This document shows, one piece after another, positions 7,191 through 17,601 of a DNA stretch of 46,769 bases. A program made the position numbers and the translations under genes. Location of the stretch: positions 1 to 46,769 of the forward strand of contig JBBCAV010000089.1 of NCBI GenBank assembly GCA_051382305.1, in the 5' to 3' direction. This stretch comes from Bdellovibrionota bacterium FG-2 (GTDB lineage Bacteria > Bdellovibrionota > UBA1018). The stretch's first letter is position 1. Each line of letters opens with the position of its first letter. The notes beneath the pieces are model-generated. The model did no database searches. It saw only the letters and a list, made by a program, of their open reading frames with translations, and was not told where the DNA came from.

Positions 7191-8540
7191 ATGGAAATCC
7201 GAGACGTCATTCATGGCTCCATCGAAATCGACAATCCAGAACTTGCCATTGTTGACTCACGTCTTTTTCAGCGCTTAAGACAAATCAAGCAACTCGGATT
7301 TTCTGAGAATTCTTTTCCGAGCGCCACCCATAATCGCTACATTCATAGTTTGGGCGCACTAGCTACGGCATCAGCCGCTTTTGATCGAGTGTTCTCCCGC
7401 TTCAAGAAAGATCCCGTTCTTTCGCCCCGGCTTTTGAGGTTTCGTTCTGCGCTCAGACTTGCGGCCCTCTTGCACGACATCGGGCACGGCCCTCTTTCTC
7501 ATACGACTGAGTTTGCCATGCCTGACGTTCGAAAACTCGAAGTGCCTCTGACGCCGGTTCCTGCTAAGCCCCGGAAAGCGACGCACGAAGATTACACCCT
7601 CAAGATTATTTTGGACTCCCCCATCACCCCCTTGATTACCAACTTGGGCGCTTCGATGGGCCTTAAACCCTCTCATGTAGCACACCTCATCGATTCCAAT
7701 GTGGCAATATCGGATGACTTCTTTTTCGAATCAATTGAGGGCGTAAAAATCGATTTCAGTCCCATTTTGCGACAGCTGATCTCGAGCGAACTTGATGCCG
7801 ATCGCATGGATTATCTTAGACGAGACAGTCTACATGCGGGAGTAAGCTACGGACATTTTGATTTTGATTGGCTCTTAGGCAATCTCACGTATCACCTGCA
7901 AGACGGCAAAGCGCTTCTGGCTCTTGAACATCGCGCCCTTTTTGCATTTGAGGATTTTCTCATCTCTCGGTTTCATATGTTTCTGATGGTGTATTTTCAC
8001 TACAAGAGCGTCGTCTACGATGAGATGTTAAGCGAGTACTTCGCAAGCGAAGATTGCGACTACGAGCTACCCTCAGATATCGAAAGATATTGTGAATGTA
8101 ACGACGCCCATCTTTTCTCACACCTCGCCCAAAGCCGCAATCCTTGGGCCAAACGAATTATTGAAAAGCGCCCTTACAAAATGCTCATCGAACTCCACAG
8201 CGGAATTCCCGCCACCAAAACCGCTCGCCTTGAGCAACTTGCCCTGCTCAAACGAATCAAGGCAGAATTGGATGAAAAGAAAGTCCATTCGCTTACTGCC
8301 ACCTCGACGAGTGAACTCTCGAAGTATTTTCGAAAGCCCGGCCTGCCCATCTTTGTGCACTATGATAACCACTACAGTGCCGCGGCGGACATTCCGCTTG
8401 AGCAATGCACCGATCTGTACCAACGCTATGGCGAAAAACGCTCCATCACGAGAATGTATGTTTCACCCGAAGATTATCCATCCCTGAAAAGCCACGGCCG
8501 CGCGTCTCCCCTTCCCTACGAAGACCCACTAGAAAGGTAA
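7191..8540 (+). CDS. HD-domain phosphohydrolase (SAMHD1-like dNTP triphosphohydrolase family)
   Basis: IRDVIHG, FQRLRQIKQLG, HNRYIHSLG, LLHDIGHGPLSH, DADRMDYLRRD. Confidence 0.9.
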   Translation: MEIRDVIHGSIEIDNPELAIVDSRLFQRLRQIKQLGFSENSFPSATHNRYIHSLGALATASAAFDRVFSRFKKDPVLSPRLLRFRSALRLAALLHDIGHGPLSHTTEFAMPDVRKLEVPLTPVPAKPRKATHEDYTLKIILDSPITPLITNLGASMGLKPSHVAHLIDSNVAISDDFFFESIEGVKIDFSPILRQLISSELDADRMDYLRRDSLHAGVSYGHFDFDWLLGNLTYHLQDGKALLALEHRALFAFEDFLISRFHMFLMVYFHYKSVVYDEMLSEYFASEDCDYELPSDIERYCECNDAHLFSHLAQSRNPWAKRIIEKRPYKMLIELHSGIPATKTARLEQLALLKRIKAELDEKKVHSLTATSTSELSKYFRKPGLPIFVHYDNHYSAAADIPLEQCTDLYQRYGEKRSITRMYVSPEDYPSLKSHGRASPLPYEDPLER

Positions 8541-8547
8541 CCCCCAC

Positions 8548-9378
8548 ATGTCTCTATTCACAAAAAACGTAAATTATAAAGGAACGCTTAAGCTGAGCCC
8601 CTGGCGCAAAGTCGCCATCGGAACCTGGCGGACGGTGGGCGATCCCAGCGTCTACGGCATGATGGACATTGATGTAGGAGCCGCGACGGCCTACATCGAC
8701 AAACTCAAAAATGATCTCGGCGTCAAACTCTCCCTCACTCATTTTGTCGGAAAACTCATGGCTGAGACCTTGAGCCGCCACCCCGATATCAATTGCGTCT
8801 TAAGATTTGGCCGGCTTTATCAACGAAAAACGGTGGACGTGTTTTTTCAAATCGCCTCTGACGACACGGGCAAAGACCTTTCCGGGACCGTGATACGCGA
8901 GGCCGAACGCAAATCGCTTGCCGAAATCGCGCGTGAACTGCAACTTGCGGCTCGCGAAATCCGCGAAAAAGGGGACCCGGCGTTTAAAAAAATGAAAGGT
9001 CTCATGGGCGGACTACCGGGAATCTTGAGTCGTTATGTTTTAGATTTCGCAGGTTTTATTTTGTATACGCTTAATCTTTGGTCGCCACTGCTGGGCGCCC
9101 CTCGCGATTCTTTCGGCAGCGTTATGGTGACCAGCATCGGTTCCTTGGGATTGGATTCCGCTTTTGCGCCCATCGTCCCCTACTCGCGCTGTCCGCTTCT
9201 AATCACAGTCGGGGTGGTTCGCGACATGCCCGTAGTTCAGGATGGCCAAATCGTGATTCGTCCGATCGTCAGGCTCTGCGCGACTTTTGATCACCGACTT
9301 ATTGATGGGATGCACGCCAGCCACATGGTACGCACCATAATGAAAATTTTCAAGAATCCGGAAGCGGAGCTGAAATAG
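8548..9378 (+). CDS. 2-oxoacid dehydrogenase E2 catalytic-domain-only acyltransferase
   Basis: TFDHRLIDG catalytic motif; no lipoyl or E3-binding domain. Confidence 0.85.
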   Translation: MSLFTKNVNYKGTLKLSPWRKVAIGTWRTVGDPSVYGMMDIDVGAATAYIDKLKNDLGVKLSLTHFVGKLMAETLSRHPDINCVLRFGRLYQRKTVDVFFQIASDDTGKDLSGTVIREAERKSLAEIARELQLAAREIREKGDPAFKKMKGLMGGLPGILSRYVLDFAGFILYTLNLWSPLLGAPRDSFGSVMVTSIGSLGLDSAFAPIVPYSRCPLLITVGVVRDMPVVQDGQIVIRPIVRLCATFDHRLIDGMHASHMVRTIMKIFKNPEAELK

Positions 9379-9390
9379 CGATCAAAGCAT

Positions 9391-11674
9391 ATGGCCACTA
9401 ATTCTGACGACCCAGAACTAGCGAGAGCGCGCTTTTTTAAGGGATAGTCGAGTGCTGTCGCGCTCCTCACAATCCTGGCTGGCCTTCTGGTCATTTGGGG
9501 ATGGCTGTTCGATATCGCGATACTCAGAAGCGGCTTTTACGGCCTAGTGGCAATGAAATTCAATGCCGCAATTTGCTTTGTACTCACTGGAATATCCTTG
9601 TGGTGCATACAAAATGCACCTAACAGTTCGCGGCTTACTTGGATAATCAGAAGCTGTTCAGTCTTAGTAGCGCTTGCCGCTTTCACCACGGGGCTGCAGG
9701 ATGTATTCGGATTTGAATTGGGGATTGATAATCTGCTAATCATCGAAAGGTCCGGCGCCCTTTTGACAACACACCCGGGCCGAATGTCGATCGCGACTGC
9801 GATCTCCTTTGTCTTGCTCAACGCCACACTCGTGTGGTCAACCCTGCACTTCACGGCAGCTACGATTGAAATAATTTCCTATTTTTCACTCTCCGCATAT
9901 GTGCATGGCGCCAAATCACTCGTGATCTTAGGGAGTAGCGTCACGGCGATGGCTTTGCCCTCTGCTCTTATCTTCTTTTTTCTCGCCACGGCCCTTATTG
10001 CAGCATTGCCAGACCGCGGAGTTGTTTGGGTGATGTGTTTGAACACCAGTACGGCGCTCGCGCTTCGCAGAGTTTTTCCGATGGTCATGCTCTTACCGGT
10101 ATGCGTTGAGGCTTTTGAAGAAATCCTAGTCCTTTCAACGTCTGCGAACACACCACTGGCAGATGTCTTTTCATCGACTCTGATTATGGTTGCGTTTTCG
10201 ATAATGCCGAGACGGTGATCAAGCAACACCAGCGTCTGACGGCCCTCTTTGAAGGCATGCGTGATGCGGTTCTAATCGCAGATCCCCAAAGTGGAAAATT
10301 ACTCGATTGCAACAAAGCCGCCTGCGAGCTTTTGGGTAGAACAAAAAAAATATCATCGGTCTACATCAGCGCTAAATTCATCCCATAGAAGAACGCGCGG
10401 GAGAATTCACCCGGACCTTCAAAAAACATGACGACCGTGTTCATGAAGGAAAAATTCTGAGGCCCGACGGCAGCACCCGAGATGTTGCGATCCACCCGAG
10501 TCTTGTCGAAATTGACGGGAATACCGTGATCCAGGGGATATTCCGAGACGTCACCGAAAACAATAATGCCGAGAACGCGCTCCGGGCGAGTGAGAGCAAA
10601 TACCGCACACTTATTGAAGCGACAGACACGGGATTTTTGATACTTGATAATCAAGGCAGAGTGGTGGATGCAAATCCTGAGTATGTACGTCTAAGCGGCC
10701 ACCGTGACATCTGCGAAATCTTCGGCAGAAGTGTGGTAGAATGGACGGCGGAGTATGGAAAAGAAAAAAACGCGGCCGCGGTAGAAAAGTGCATGCTCGA
10801 CGGCTCGATCAGAAATTTCACAATCGACTATATCGATCAGCATGGCCATGTCACCCCCGTTGAGATCAATGCCACCGTCGATTATGAGGGAGACAGGCCT
10901 CGTATTATTTCGCTTTGTCGAGATATCACAAGTCGGGTAAGGCTAGAGTCCCAAGTCCAGCATTCGGCAAAGCTTGCCTCGATCGGAACCCTAGCGGCAG
11001 GGGTCTCCCACGAAATCAACAATCCCCTCACCGTCATTACCGGGTTTACCCGCCTGATCCGGGAGAGACTAACCCAGTCAAATAGGTTGGAAACAATATT
11101 CGAATTACTTTCGAAGCAGGAAAAAGCAGCTGCTCGGATTGCCAAAATTGTCGACGGACTTCGCACTTTCTCCCGTACTGATTCTGAACTCATCGAGTTT
11201 TTCGATATCAACGATGCAATCAAGGACACCCTGAGCATTTGCGAAGGCATTTACGAAAAAGAAGGCCTTTCAATTAAAACAACCTTCAGTACCGTTCAGC
11301 CTATCATCAAAGCCAATTCAGGAAAGTTTCAACAAGTAATCATGAATCTCCTCACCAATGCGAGAGACGCGCTATCAGAGCTGCCCACAGGGGGAACCAT
11401 TACCATAGAATCCGCTATTGTTGCCGAAAACGTCGTGATCTACATATCTGATAACGGCAAGGGGATCGCAAAAAAAGATCTCCCTCAGATTTTCGATCCT
11501 TTTTATACCACCAAAGCCCCAGGAAAAGAAACCGGCCTTGGGCTTTCAATTTCGCACGCTATCATTGATTCTTTCGGCGGGAAGATGACCGTTGAAAGTG
11601 AACTGGGAGTGGGGACGCGCTTCATCCTCACGCTTTCACTCGCTCGCCAGGAGGCGCAGAAAACCTCAGACTGA
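9391..11674 (+). pseudogene. Disrupted membrane PAS-PAS histidine kinase
   Basis: ATG 9391, in-frame TAG 9445; TM region to about 10200; frame break; PAS with frameshift at A8 (10343-10350) and TAA 10373; PAS-HisKA (HEINNPL)-HATPase 10526-11674 with G2 box GKETGLG instead of GKGTGLG. Confidence 0.85.
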
Positions 11675-12076
11675 CACGATTCTAAGTGGCGTGTGCGGGC
11701 CCACGTGCTCTGCAATGGCCAAAAAATCCTGGTCCGATGTTAGCAATTCCAAGTCGTGATCGACGGCGGTTTTGGCGATCATCCAATCTCCAAGGCGCGG
11801 AAGATTCACACCGCTCCGGGTACATTTTCGATAAATAGCAATCCAGGCGTCAAACCCGTCGTTTCTAAAATCAAAAAAGGCCATTTTCTCGAAGGAACTA
11901 GCTAGCTTTTTTCGCTCAAGATCAGAAGTAATACCACGAAGCACTTCGAAATATATCACATGACTAATGCAGACTTCTTCAAGAAGATTGTGAGCTAGAT
12001 TCTCCAATAGCAGGGTGTGCTTATTTTTTCTCTTCTTTAGTAAATCAATCCAGACACAGCTATCCACAAGAATCAT
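11666..12076 (-). CDS. vapC: PIN-domain VapC toxin
   Basis: MILVDSCVWID, FEVLRG, DWMIA, LLTSDQDF. Confidence 0.9.
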   Translation of the reverse strand: MILVDSCVWIDLLKKRKNKHTLLLENLAHNLLEEVCISHVIYFEVLRGITSDLERKKLASSFEKMAFFDFRNDGFDAWIAIYRKCTRSGVNLPRLGDWMIAKTAVDHDLELLTSDQDFLAIAEHVGPHTPLRIVSV

Positions 12077-12085
12077 AAAACGGGT

Positions 12086-12298
12086 TTATCGAGACGCTTT
12101 GTAGTCGTAATTGGCATCAAATTTCACCTGGCTCCGAACAATCGCCCGAAGAGCGTCGGAACTGGTCACCAGACGCATCAGCGCAAAATCAATCACGTCT
12201 TTAGTCGTAAAAAGGCCCGCTGCAGCTCCCACAACTTTCTTCGCTTTTCGCAACTTTTCGATATCCAACTCAACATTGGTGCGCTTTGTTTTCTTCAT
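12086..12298 (-). CDS. vapB: VapB-family antitoxin
   Basis: RTNVELD...TKDVIDFAL, 70 aa, directly upstream of vapC. Confidence 0.85.
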   Translation of the reverse strand: MKKTKRTNVELDIEKLRKAKKVVGAAAGLFTTKDVIDFALMRLVTSSDALRAIVRSQVKFDANYDYKASR

Positions 12299-12315
12299 AT
12301 CGCTCTCTCCCCGTA

Positions 12316-12343
12316 ATACACATATATTACTATTTATGTGTAT
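12316..12343. promoter_or_regulatory. Probable VapBC autorepression operator
   Basis: Perfect inverted repeat ATACACATA-N10-TATGTGTAT just upstream of vapB. Confidence 0.65.
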
Positions 12344-12359
12344 ATAAGTAAAGACCGAA

Positions 12360-12707
12360 CTACTTCTTCGCGTTTACCCCCGTGCCCCGCACTGACGCTC
12401 CTGAATGGCGATAGCCCTGCTTCGCGATCCGGCCCATCGGCCCGCGCAATTGCGGAAGCGAAGCAAGAGAGGGAAGTTGCTCTTTATAATTTTTCTCTTG
12501 CTCCGAAAGCCTTCGAATATCCATATCAAAATTTGGATTCGGTTCCTTTTGCGCATTAATATCGGACAGCTTTTGATAGATCGCAGTATCGTCCGTCACA
12601 TGACTTAAAGGGAACCGATCCGGAACCGCCGCCATGGCAAATGAGAGGGTCAACATTCCAATGGCTCCCGCCACCCCTGCTAGGGCCAGCTTATTATTGT
12701 GCTTCAT
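12360..12707 (-). CDS. Small secreted hypothetical protein
   Basis: Signal peptide (MKHNNKLALAGVAGAIGMLTLSFAMA); sigma54 promoter upstream. Confidence 0.7.
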   Translation of the reverse strand: MKHNNKLALAGVAGAIGMLTLSFAMAAVPDRFPLSHVTDDTAIYQKLSDINAQKEPNPNFDMDIRRLSEQEKNYKEQLPSLASLPQLRGPMGRIAKQGYRHSGASVRGTGVNAKK

Positions 12708-12762
12708 AGACGCATTTCCTTTCCAGTACAGACAACATTACGATCGACGCCGCGCTCGTATG

Positions 12763-12778
12763 AGCAAGTGCAGTGCCA
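12763..12778 (-). promoter_or_regulatory. sigma54 (-24/-12) promoter
   Basis: TGGCACTGCACTTGCT, near-consensus. Confidence 0.75.
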
Positions 12779-12928
12779 GCCACGACACAGGGGAGCGACT
12801 CTTCTACTTCCGCGTTTTTACTAACCTTTTAATAAACGCCCCCTTCTTTCACCCGCCGTACCCCTCAAACAAACTGCTACACACTCTACAGGTGTCAAAA
12901 ACTTAATCACTCTCTCGGCTCGAGCACC

Positions 12929-12957
12929 TTGCCCTCGCAAACGCTCCGAAGTAGGCT
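12929..12957 (+). promoter_or_regulatory. sigma70-like promoter of uvrA
   Basis: TTGCCC-N17-TAGGCT, 9 nt before ATG. Confidence 0.4.
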
Positions 12958-12966
12958 GTACCTTCG

Positions 12967-15897
12967 ATGGCGCAGCAACCGATTCGACTGGTGAAGGTCA
13001 AACAAAACAATCTCAAAGGAATTTCGGTAGAATTCCCCGCCAGAAGACTCACCGTCATCACGGGCGTCTCGGGCAGCGGCAAAAGCTCGCTGGCGTTTGA
13101 CACGCTCTACGCTGAAGGCCAACGGCGCTATGTTGAAAGTCTATCGACCTACACGCGCCAGTTTTTGGAAAAAATGCCAAAGCCTGATTTAGAATCCATC
13201 GAAAACATTCCCCCCGCGATTGCGCTCGAGCAACGCAATCACGTCGTCAGTGCCCGCAGCACCGTGGGCTCGCACACCGAAATTGTAGATTATCTGCGCG
13301 TTCTATTTGCTAAGGTTGGAAAAACTTACTGCCTCGATTGTCTCGACTCTAAAGAAGAAGTGAAGCACCTTACCCCCGACGCGATCTTGGAGTGGGCTCT
13401 AAATTGGCTCCCTGTTCGCAAAGCCCTTCTCGTAGCGCCTCTCACCCCCGTGCAAAAGCAGGAAGACCAGAAACCCCAAGACGCCCGAAAGCCCAAAGGA
13501 AAAAAATCCAAAACGCCCCCCCCCAGTGCGCTGGATTCAATTCTCCAAATCGTGCGGGAACAAGGTTTCACCCGAATCCTGTATAGATCCGGCAAGATTC
13601 AACCCATTATGTGGGAACTCGATGACTCCACTTCGGCTCCTCCTCGGGCGACGCTCGAGCGGGCCCTTAAGAACCACGAACTCTTTGTCGTAATCGATCG
13701 CTTGAGACTCATTGCCGAACCGGACTCGGATGCCCGCGCAAGACTCCACGACTCCATTGCCCAAGCCCTTCACTTAGGCAAAGGCACCCTGGCCTTCATG
13801 GATCTGGATTCTTACGAATGGAAAACGCTCGAGAGCAGATTTGCGTGCCTCCGATGTGGCCGCGAGTACAAAGTCCCGGAACCCCAATCTTTTTCATCCC
13901 ATAGTCCCCTGGGCGCCTGTGATAACTGTAGTGGGTTTGGCTTCACTCTTGATCTGGATGAAAAACTCGTCGTGCCGGATCCAACAAAAACAATTAAGAA
14001 CGGCGCGATTGATCCCTTTTCTAAACCTTCGTTTTCGGATTGGCAGAAAGATCTTTTTCGTTTTGCCGAGAGACAGGGTATTTCGACCGGCAAACGATAC
14101 AGTGAACTCACCCCCGAGCAACGCCGAATTCTCTGGGAAGGCGATCCCAAAGACCAAACATTTCCGGGAATCATCGCTTGCTTTGAAGAACTAAAACGCT
14201 GGAAATACAAACTCTATGTGCGGGTGTTTATCCGGCGCTACCAAAAACAAGAACTTTGCACGCATTGCAACGGAAGCCGAATCAAAGCCGATGCCCTCGC
14301 TGTCCGGTTGGGGGAGCTCAACTTTTTTGACGTCTGCAAACGCCCCATCGAAAAATCCCTCGTTTGGCTCAATGGACTCTCACTCAATAAAAATGAAACC
14401 AAAATCGCGGCCGAACCGCTCGCACAGGTAAAGAGAAGGCTTAGTTTCTTGGACGAAGTAGGCGTGGGTTATCTCACCCTAAATCGCCAAACTAAAACGC
14501 TTTCTGGGGGAGAGTTTCAACGCATCAATCTTGCGACCCAACTCGGCAACGGATTGTGTGGTACCCTCTACGTCCTTGACGAGCCCTCCATTGGATTGCA
14601 CGCCTCAGACACAAGGCGACTCATTCGCATTCTTGAACGTTTGCGCGATCAAGGAAACACCGTCGTGATCGTGGAGCACGATCTCGAAGTCATGCGGGCC
14701 GCGGACTGGCTCATTGAGCTAGGCCCCGGGGCCGGGCATCGCGGTGGCGAACTCATTACTCAAGGCAATGCGGGAGACCTCGCTCGCACTCCGCACTCCT
14801 TAACAGGCAAATACCTTTCGGGCGTATTTCATCTACAACAAAAACCCCGGACCCGCGCTCCTATTCGTAGATTCTTAAAAATCACGGGGTGCAAAGAGAA
14901 CAATCTGCAAAACCTCACCATCGAAATTCCTCTTGATCGTTTCGTCGTTGTCACCGGGGTTTCCGGATCGGGCAAAAGCACGCTGGTTCACAAAACGCTT
15001 TTTGCAGCGCTCGATCGCCACTACAACCATGCGGTAGATCGAGCAGGAGAGTTCGAACGCCTCTACGGCGCAGAACAACTCGGCGGGGTCGTGCTTCTGG
15101 ATCAATCACCGATTGGCAAAAGTTCTCGCTCCAATCCGGCCACCTATCTCAAAGCTTGGGACGAAATTCGCAGACTCTTTGCAGGGCAAACCGCGTCGCT
15201 ACGCCGAGGCTATATGCCCCAGCATTTTTCATTCAACGTCGATGGCGGACGCTGCCCCGTTTGCAAAGGCGAAGGCGAAATCACCTTAGACATGCACTTT
15301 ATGGCCGAAGTCAAACTGCCGTGTGAAGAGTGCGAAGGAAAACGCTTTAAGAAAACCGTGCTCGATATTCGCGTCCGGGGGAAAAACGTGCATGAAATTC
15401 TCCACTCCACCATCGACGAAGTGTTCGAACTTTTTCGAGACAATCCCGTCTTGGCCCGAAAACTGGGCGTCCTAAGGAGCGTAGGTTTAGGCTACTTGCA
15501 ATTAGGGCAGTCCTCCTCGACCCTCTCAGGCGGCGAATCCCAACGACTCAAAATCGCCTCTGCGCTTGACGACAAAGAGGGCGAAAATCTTCTTTATATT
15601 TTTGATGAACCCACGACCGGCCTTCATCACGAGGACATCAAAAAACTCCTCGCCGTCGTGCAAGACTTAGTGGATGCCAAGAACAGCGTCCTCATGATTG
15701 AACATCACCTGGATGTGATCGCGGCAGCAGACTGGGTGATTGATTTGGGTCCCGGAGGGGGCGAACACGGTGGACAAATTATGAGCCAAGGGACTCCAGA
15801 AGACATCAAGAACGACCCAAACTCCCTAACGGGGCAAATGCTCAGTTCGGCCCATCCCCTCGACCTTAGCCACGAACATGTCACGCTCCAGGACTGA
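12967..15897 (+). CDS. uvrA: Excinuclease ABC subunit A
   Basis: Two Walker A motifs (GVSGSGKS), LSGGE signatures, zinc fingers (CLRC/CDNC, CPVC/CEEC). Confidence 0.95.
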   Translation: MAQQPIRLVKVKQNNLKGISVEFPARRLTVITGVSGSGKSSLAFDTLYAEGQRRYVESLSTYTRQFLEKMPKPDLESIENIPPAIALEQRNHVVSARSTVGSHTEIVDYLRVLFAKVGKTYCLDCLDSKEEVKHLTPDAILEWALNWLPVRKALLVAPLTPVQKQEDQKPQDARKPKGKKSKTPPPSALDSILQIVREQGFTRILYRSGKIQPIMWELDDSTSAPPRATLERALKNHELFVVIDRLRLIAEPDSDARARLHDSIAQALHLGKGTLAFMDLDSYEWKTLESRFACLRCGREYKVPEPQSFSSHSPLGACDNCSGFGFTLDLDEKLVVPDPTKTIKNGAIDPFSKPSFSDWQKDLFRFAERQGISTGKRYSELTPEQRRILWEGDPKDQTFPGIIACFEELKRWKYKLYVRVFIRRYQKQELCTHCNGSRIKADALAVRLGELNFFDVCKRPIEKSLVWLNGLSLNKNETKIAAEPLAQVKRRLSFLDEVGVGYLTLNRQTKTLSGGEFQRINLATQLGNGLCGTLYVLDEPSIGLHASDTRRLIRILERLRDQGNTVVIVEHDLEVMRAADWLIELGPGAGHRGGELITQGNAGDLARTPHSLTGKYLSGVFHLQQKPRTRAPIRRFLKITGCKENNLQNLTIEIPLDRFVVVTGVSGSGKSTLVHKTLFAALDRHYNHAVDRAGEFERLYGAEQLGGVVLLDQSPIGKSSRSNPATYLKAWDEIRRLFAGQTASLRRGYMPQHFSFNVDGGRCPVCKGEGEITLDMHFMAEVKLPCEECEGKRFKKTVLDIRVRGKNVHEILHSTIDEVFELFRDNPVLARKLGVLRSVGLGYLQLGQSSSTLSGGESQRLKIASALDDKEGENLLYIFDEPTTGLHHEDIKKLLAVVQDLVDAKNSVLMIEHHLDVIAAADWVIDLGPGGGEHGGQIMSQGTPEDIKNDPNSLTGQMLSSAHPLDLSHEHVTLQD

Positions 15898-17601
15898 AAT
15901 ATTGCGATCCTCCCAAGCGGCAAGCCACAACGCTCGCCCCCGCGCATCCCGATGATGGGGCACTCGCCAGCGTTTCCATTCCCGAATGGAAAGTGTGGCG
16001 CCAGGATCCTGCTGTTTAAGACTTACGCGCAACCCCTCGAGACTCGCTGAATCGGGGGCGACAAATACTGCGCCATTTTTCAACAACGGGGGCAACGCCG
16101 CTTCTAGGTGTACCCCCTTAACTGAAACCCCCGCCTCATAACCAAAAAGCGCCCACTCGCTCCATAGCCCCCGCCCCGTATTTAGATAGAACACTTGGGC
16201 TGGCTTTTCTCCCCCACTCATGAGGATTTCGCCCAGGGGGGTCCACTCCCGCTCCCCTAAAACGACCATAAGCCAGGCGAGGGGCACAAAGAATCCCAGA
16301 GCACCCACAGCAACAAAAGCGGGATTAAAAACCGCAAATCCTTTTCGCAGTCCGCGAATGCACTCTCGCACTATCAAACCCATTCCAAGCAGCGCTACTG
16401 CTGACACCCCAACCGCAAACCCTGTGGGCCACCATGAAGGTAAATCCACGAATCTTGTTTGGATCGCAAAGATAAAACCCGGGACAAAAAACCATGCTAG
16501 GAGTGAGAACAAAAGCGCGATAAAAATAATTTTTCGGCTACTCATTTGACTCTGCTGCCATTGCAGCACCGCAAACAAAACAAGCGCCGAAACTACAGGA
16601 AGACTGTAATTTTGCCCGTGATAGCGGAAAAGGGTAAAAAACAGGAGGTTCGGCAGTGCTACCGCCAAAGCGAGCATGAATCCTCTCGAAGTGAAAAATG
16701 CGGGCGCATCCCCTGGTGAACGTTTGCGAAAAAGCCCTAACACAGAATCACCCAACGCCGCCCAAACCACAAACATCCATGGCAAAAGAAAAAACGAAAA
16801 TACCGCGCTCACGGCTTCAGTCGAACTCCCGCCGTTATCGGCTTTGCTCCAATTTTCTCTTAAAATATAGATTCCAAAAAAATTCTTAAAATCGAGAATC
16901 GCCGCTGGCACATAACCCGCCACGCCCACAGCGACACCCCAAAGCGCACATGCCCAACTCCAGGGGTTACGGGCTCGCGCGCCGAAACTCCCCTCAAAAA
17001 CCCAAAAAAGAAGGGCAGAGGCCGCAAGGTGTACACTATAGACTGGAGACTTGGCCCAACCCATAAAACCCGCTAAAGTCCAAAACAGTAGTTCTCTGTT
17101 ACGAGTGTTTGCGCGTTCCAGCTCATTCATGGCAATGGCTGTGAGCGCCGCAAGTTCGACCTCCATCTGGGATGAAAATGCATAGGAAAATACTCCGAGA
17201 CTCAGGCCAAACATGGTGCCGCCCAAGACAGCCCAGCCCTGATTTTCATACTTCTGACCTAGCCGTAAGATAAGGGAGCCTACCGCCAGCGACGCAAGAC
17301 AGATCAAAATAAAATTCATATAGACCGTCGCCCAGAGACTGAAACCGAAAAGGAGCGTGCCGATTTTCACGAGAATAAGATGAAGCGGGCCTTTAAAATA
17401 ATCAGGCACATCCGCCAAAGTTTGCACAAACCATCGCCCCGATCGAAGCATTTCTAGCGCCTGCGCGACGTAGACCTTGTCATCACCCGCCGTTCGAATA
17501 ACAGGGAGACCTATGAAGGGCAAATAGGCTAGGCACAAAATCAGTACGAGCTGAAAGCGCCAGGAGAAGAGTCGTTTATTGACCACACCCCGTTTGATCA
17601 T
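15826..17601 (-). CDS. ArnT/PMT-like (GT-C) membrane glycosyltransferase
   Basis: GDDKVY..ALEM..SGRW, YFKGPL, many TM helices. Confidence 0.75.
   Translation of the reverse strand: MIKRGVVNKRLFSWRFQLVLILCLAYLPFIGLPVIRTAGDDKVYVAQALEMLRSGRWFVQTLADVPDYFKGPLHLILVKIGTLLFGFSLWATVYMNFILICLASLAVGSLILRLGQKYENQGWAVLGGTMFGLSLGVFSYAFSSQMEVELAALTAIAMNELERANTRNRELLFWTLAGFMGWAKSPVYSVHLAASALLFWVFEGSFGARARNPWSWACALWGVAVGVAGYVPAAILDFKNFFGIYILRENWSKADNGGSSTEAVSAVFSFFLLPWMFVVWAALGDSVLGLFRKRSPGDAPAFFTSRGFMLALAVALPNLLFFTLFRYHGQNYSLPVVSALVLFAVLQWQQSQMSSRKIIFIALLFSLLAWFFVPGFIFAIQTRFVDLPSWWPTGFAVGVSAVALLGMGLIVRECIRGLRKGFAVFNPAFVAVGALGFFVPLAWLMVVLGEREWTPLGEILMSGGEKPAQVFYLNTGRGLWSEWALFGYEAGVSVKGVHLEAALPPLLKNGAVFVAPDSASLEGLRVSLKQQDPGATLSIREWKRWRVPHHRDARGRALWLAAWEDRNISVLERDMFVAKVEGMGRTEHLPR

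Noticed and set aside
9445-9447. TAG readthrough or recoding in disrupted genes
   Set aside because: Intact genes here end in TAG, and the same gene also has TAA and frameshift lesions.
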